64,000 nucleotides of DNA from positions 1,674,001 through 1,738,000 of the forward strand of contig OZ316775.1 of the NCBI GenBank assembly GCA_973851085.1, in the 5' to 3' direction. The number at the start of each line of letters is the position of its first letter. The stretch's first letter is position 1. The stretch is from Ptychomitrium polyphyllum. Its lineage: Eukaryota. Both the position numbers and the translations under genes were made by a program. The notes below the pieces were generated by a model. The model saw nothing but the letters and a program-made list of their open reading frames with translations, was not told where the DNA came from and made no database searches. Shown piece by piece: positions 63,873 through 64,000 of the stretch.

Positions 63873-64000
63873 ACAAGAGAACATTTGGGAAATAGCAACA
63901 CGGGCTTTACCAATCTGAGCTACTTGTGGAAGTGCTCTCTTTGGGAAACTTTTCTCTCTTTAATAAGAAGGCTAGTCAGTAGCTAGCATTAGTAAGATAG

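Overview
Eukaryotic nuclear DNA with spliced genes in GC-richer islands separated by long AT-rich spacers. Gene content and structure point to a land plant, most likely a moss (inference). Genes reconstructed by hand: the 5' part of a C2-domain gene (minus strand, runs off the window start), an ER protein disulfide isomerase (PDIA6/PDIL2-type, KDEL), a Ser-rich protein with a DUF688-like motif, the ubiquitin-RPL40 fusion, a conserved uncharacterised plant protein, RAD1 (9-1-1 clamp), RPL38, a secreted alpha-carbonic anhydrase and an intronless Raf/TKL-type kinase with an N-terminal helical domain and degenerate catalytic motifs. Non-coding and degraded elements include a tRNA-Asp(GUC)/tRNA-Gly(GCC) pair only 4 nt apart under one Pol III terminator, a truncated methyltransferase pseudogene, a PIF/Harbinger (Tourist-like) MITE, two fold-back regions and several small tandem duplications. 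The leads most worth following are the dicistronic tRNA pair, the MLKL-like pseudokinase architecture, a 42-bp in-frame repeat encoding dibasic-flanked 14-aa units, and a ~350-nt fold-back in an ORF-less island. No database searches were run; family assignments come from recognised motifs, and splice sites were read manually.
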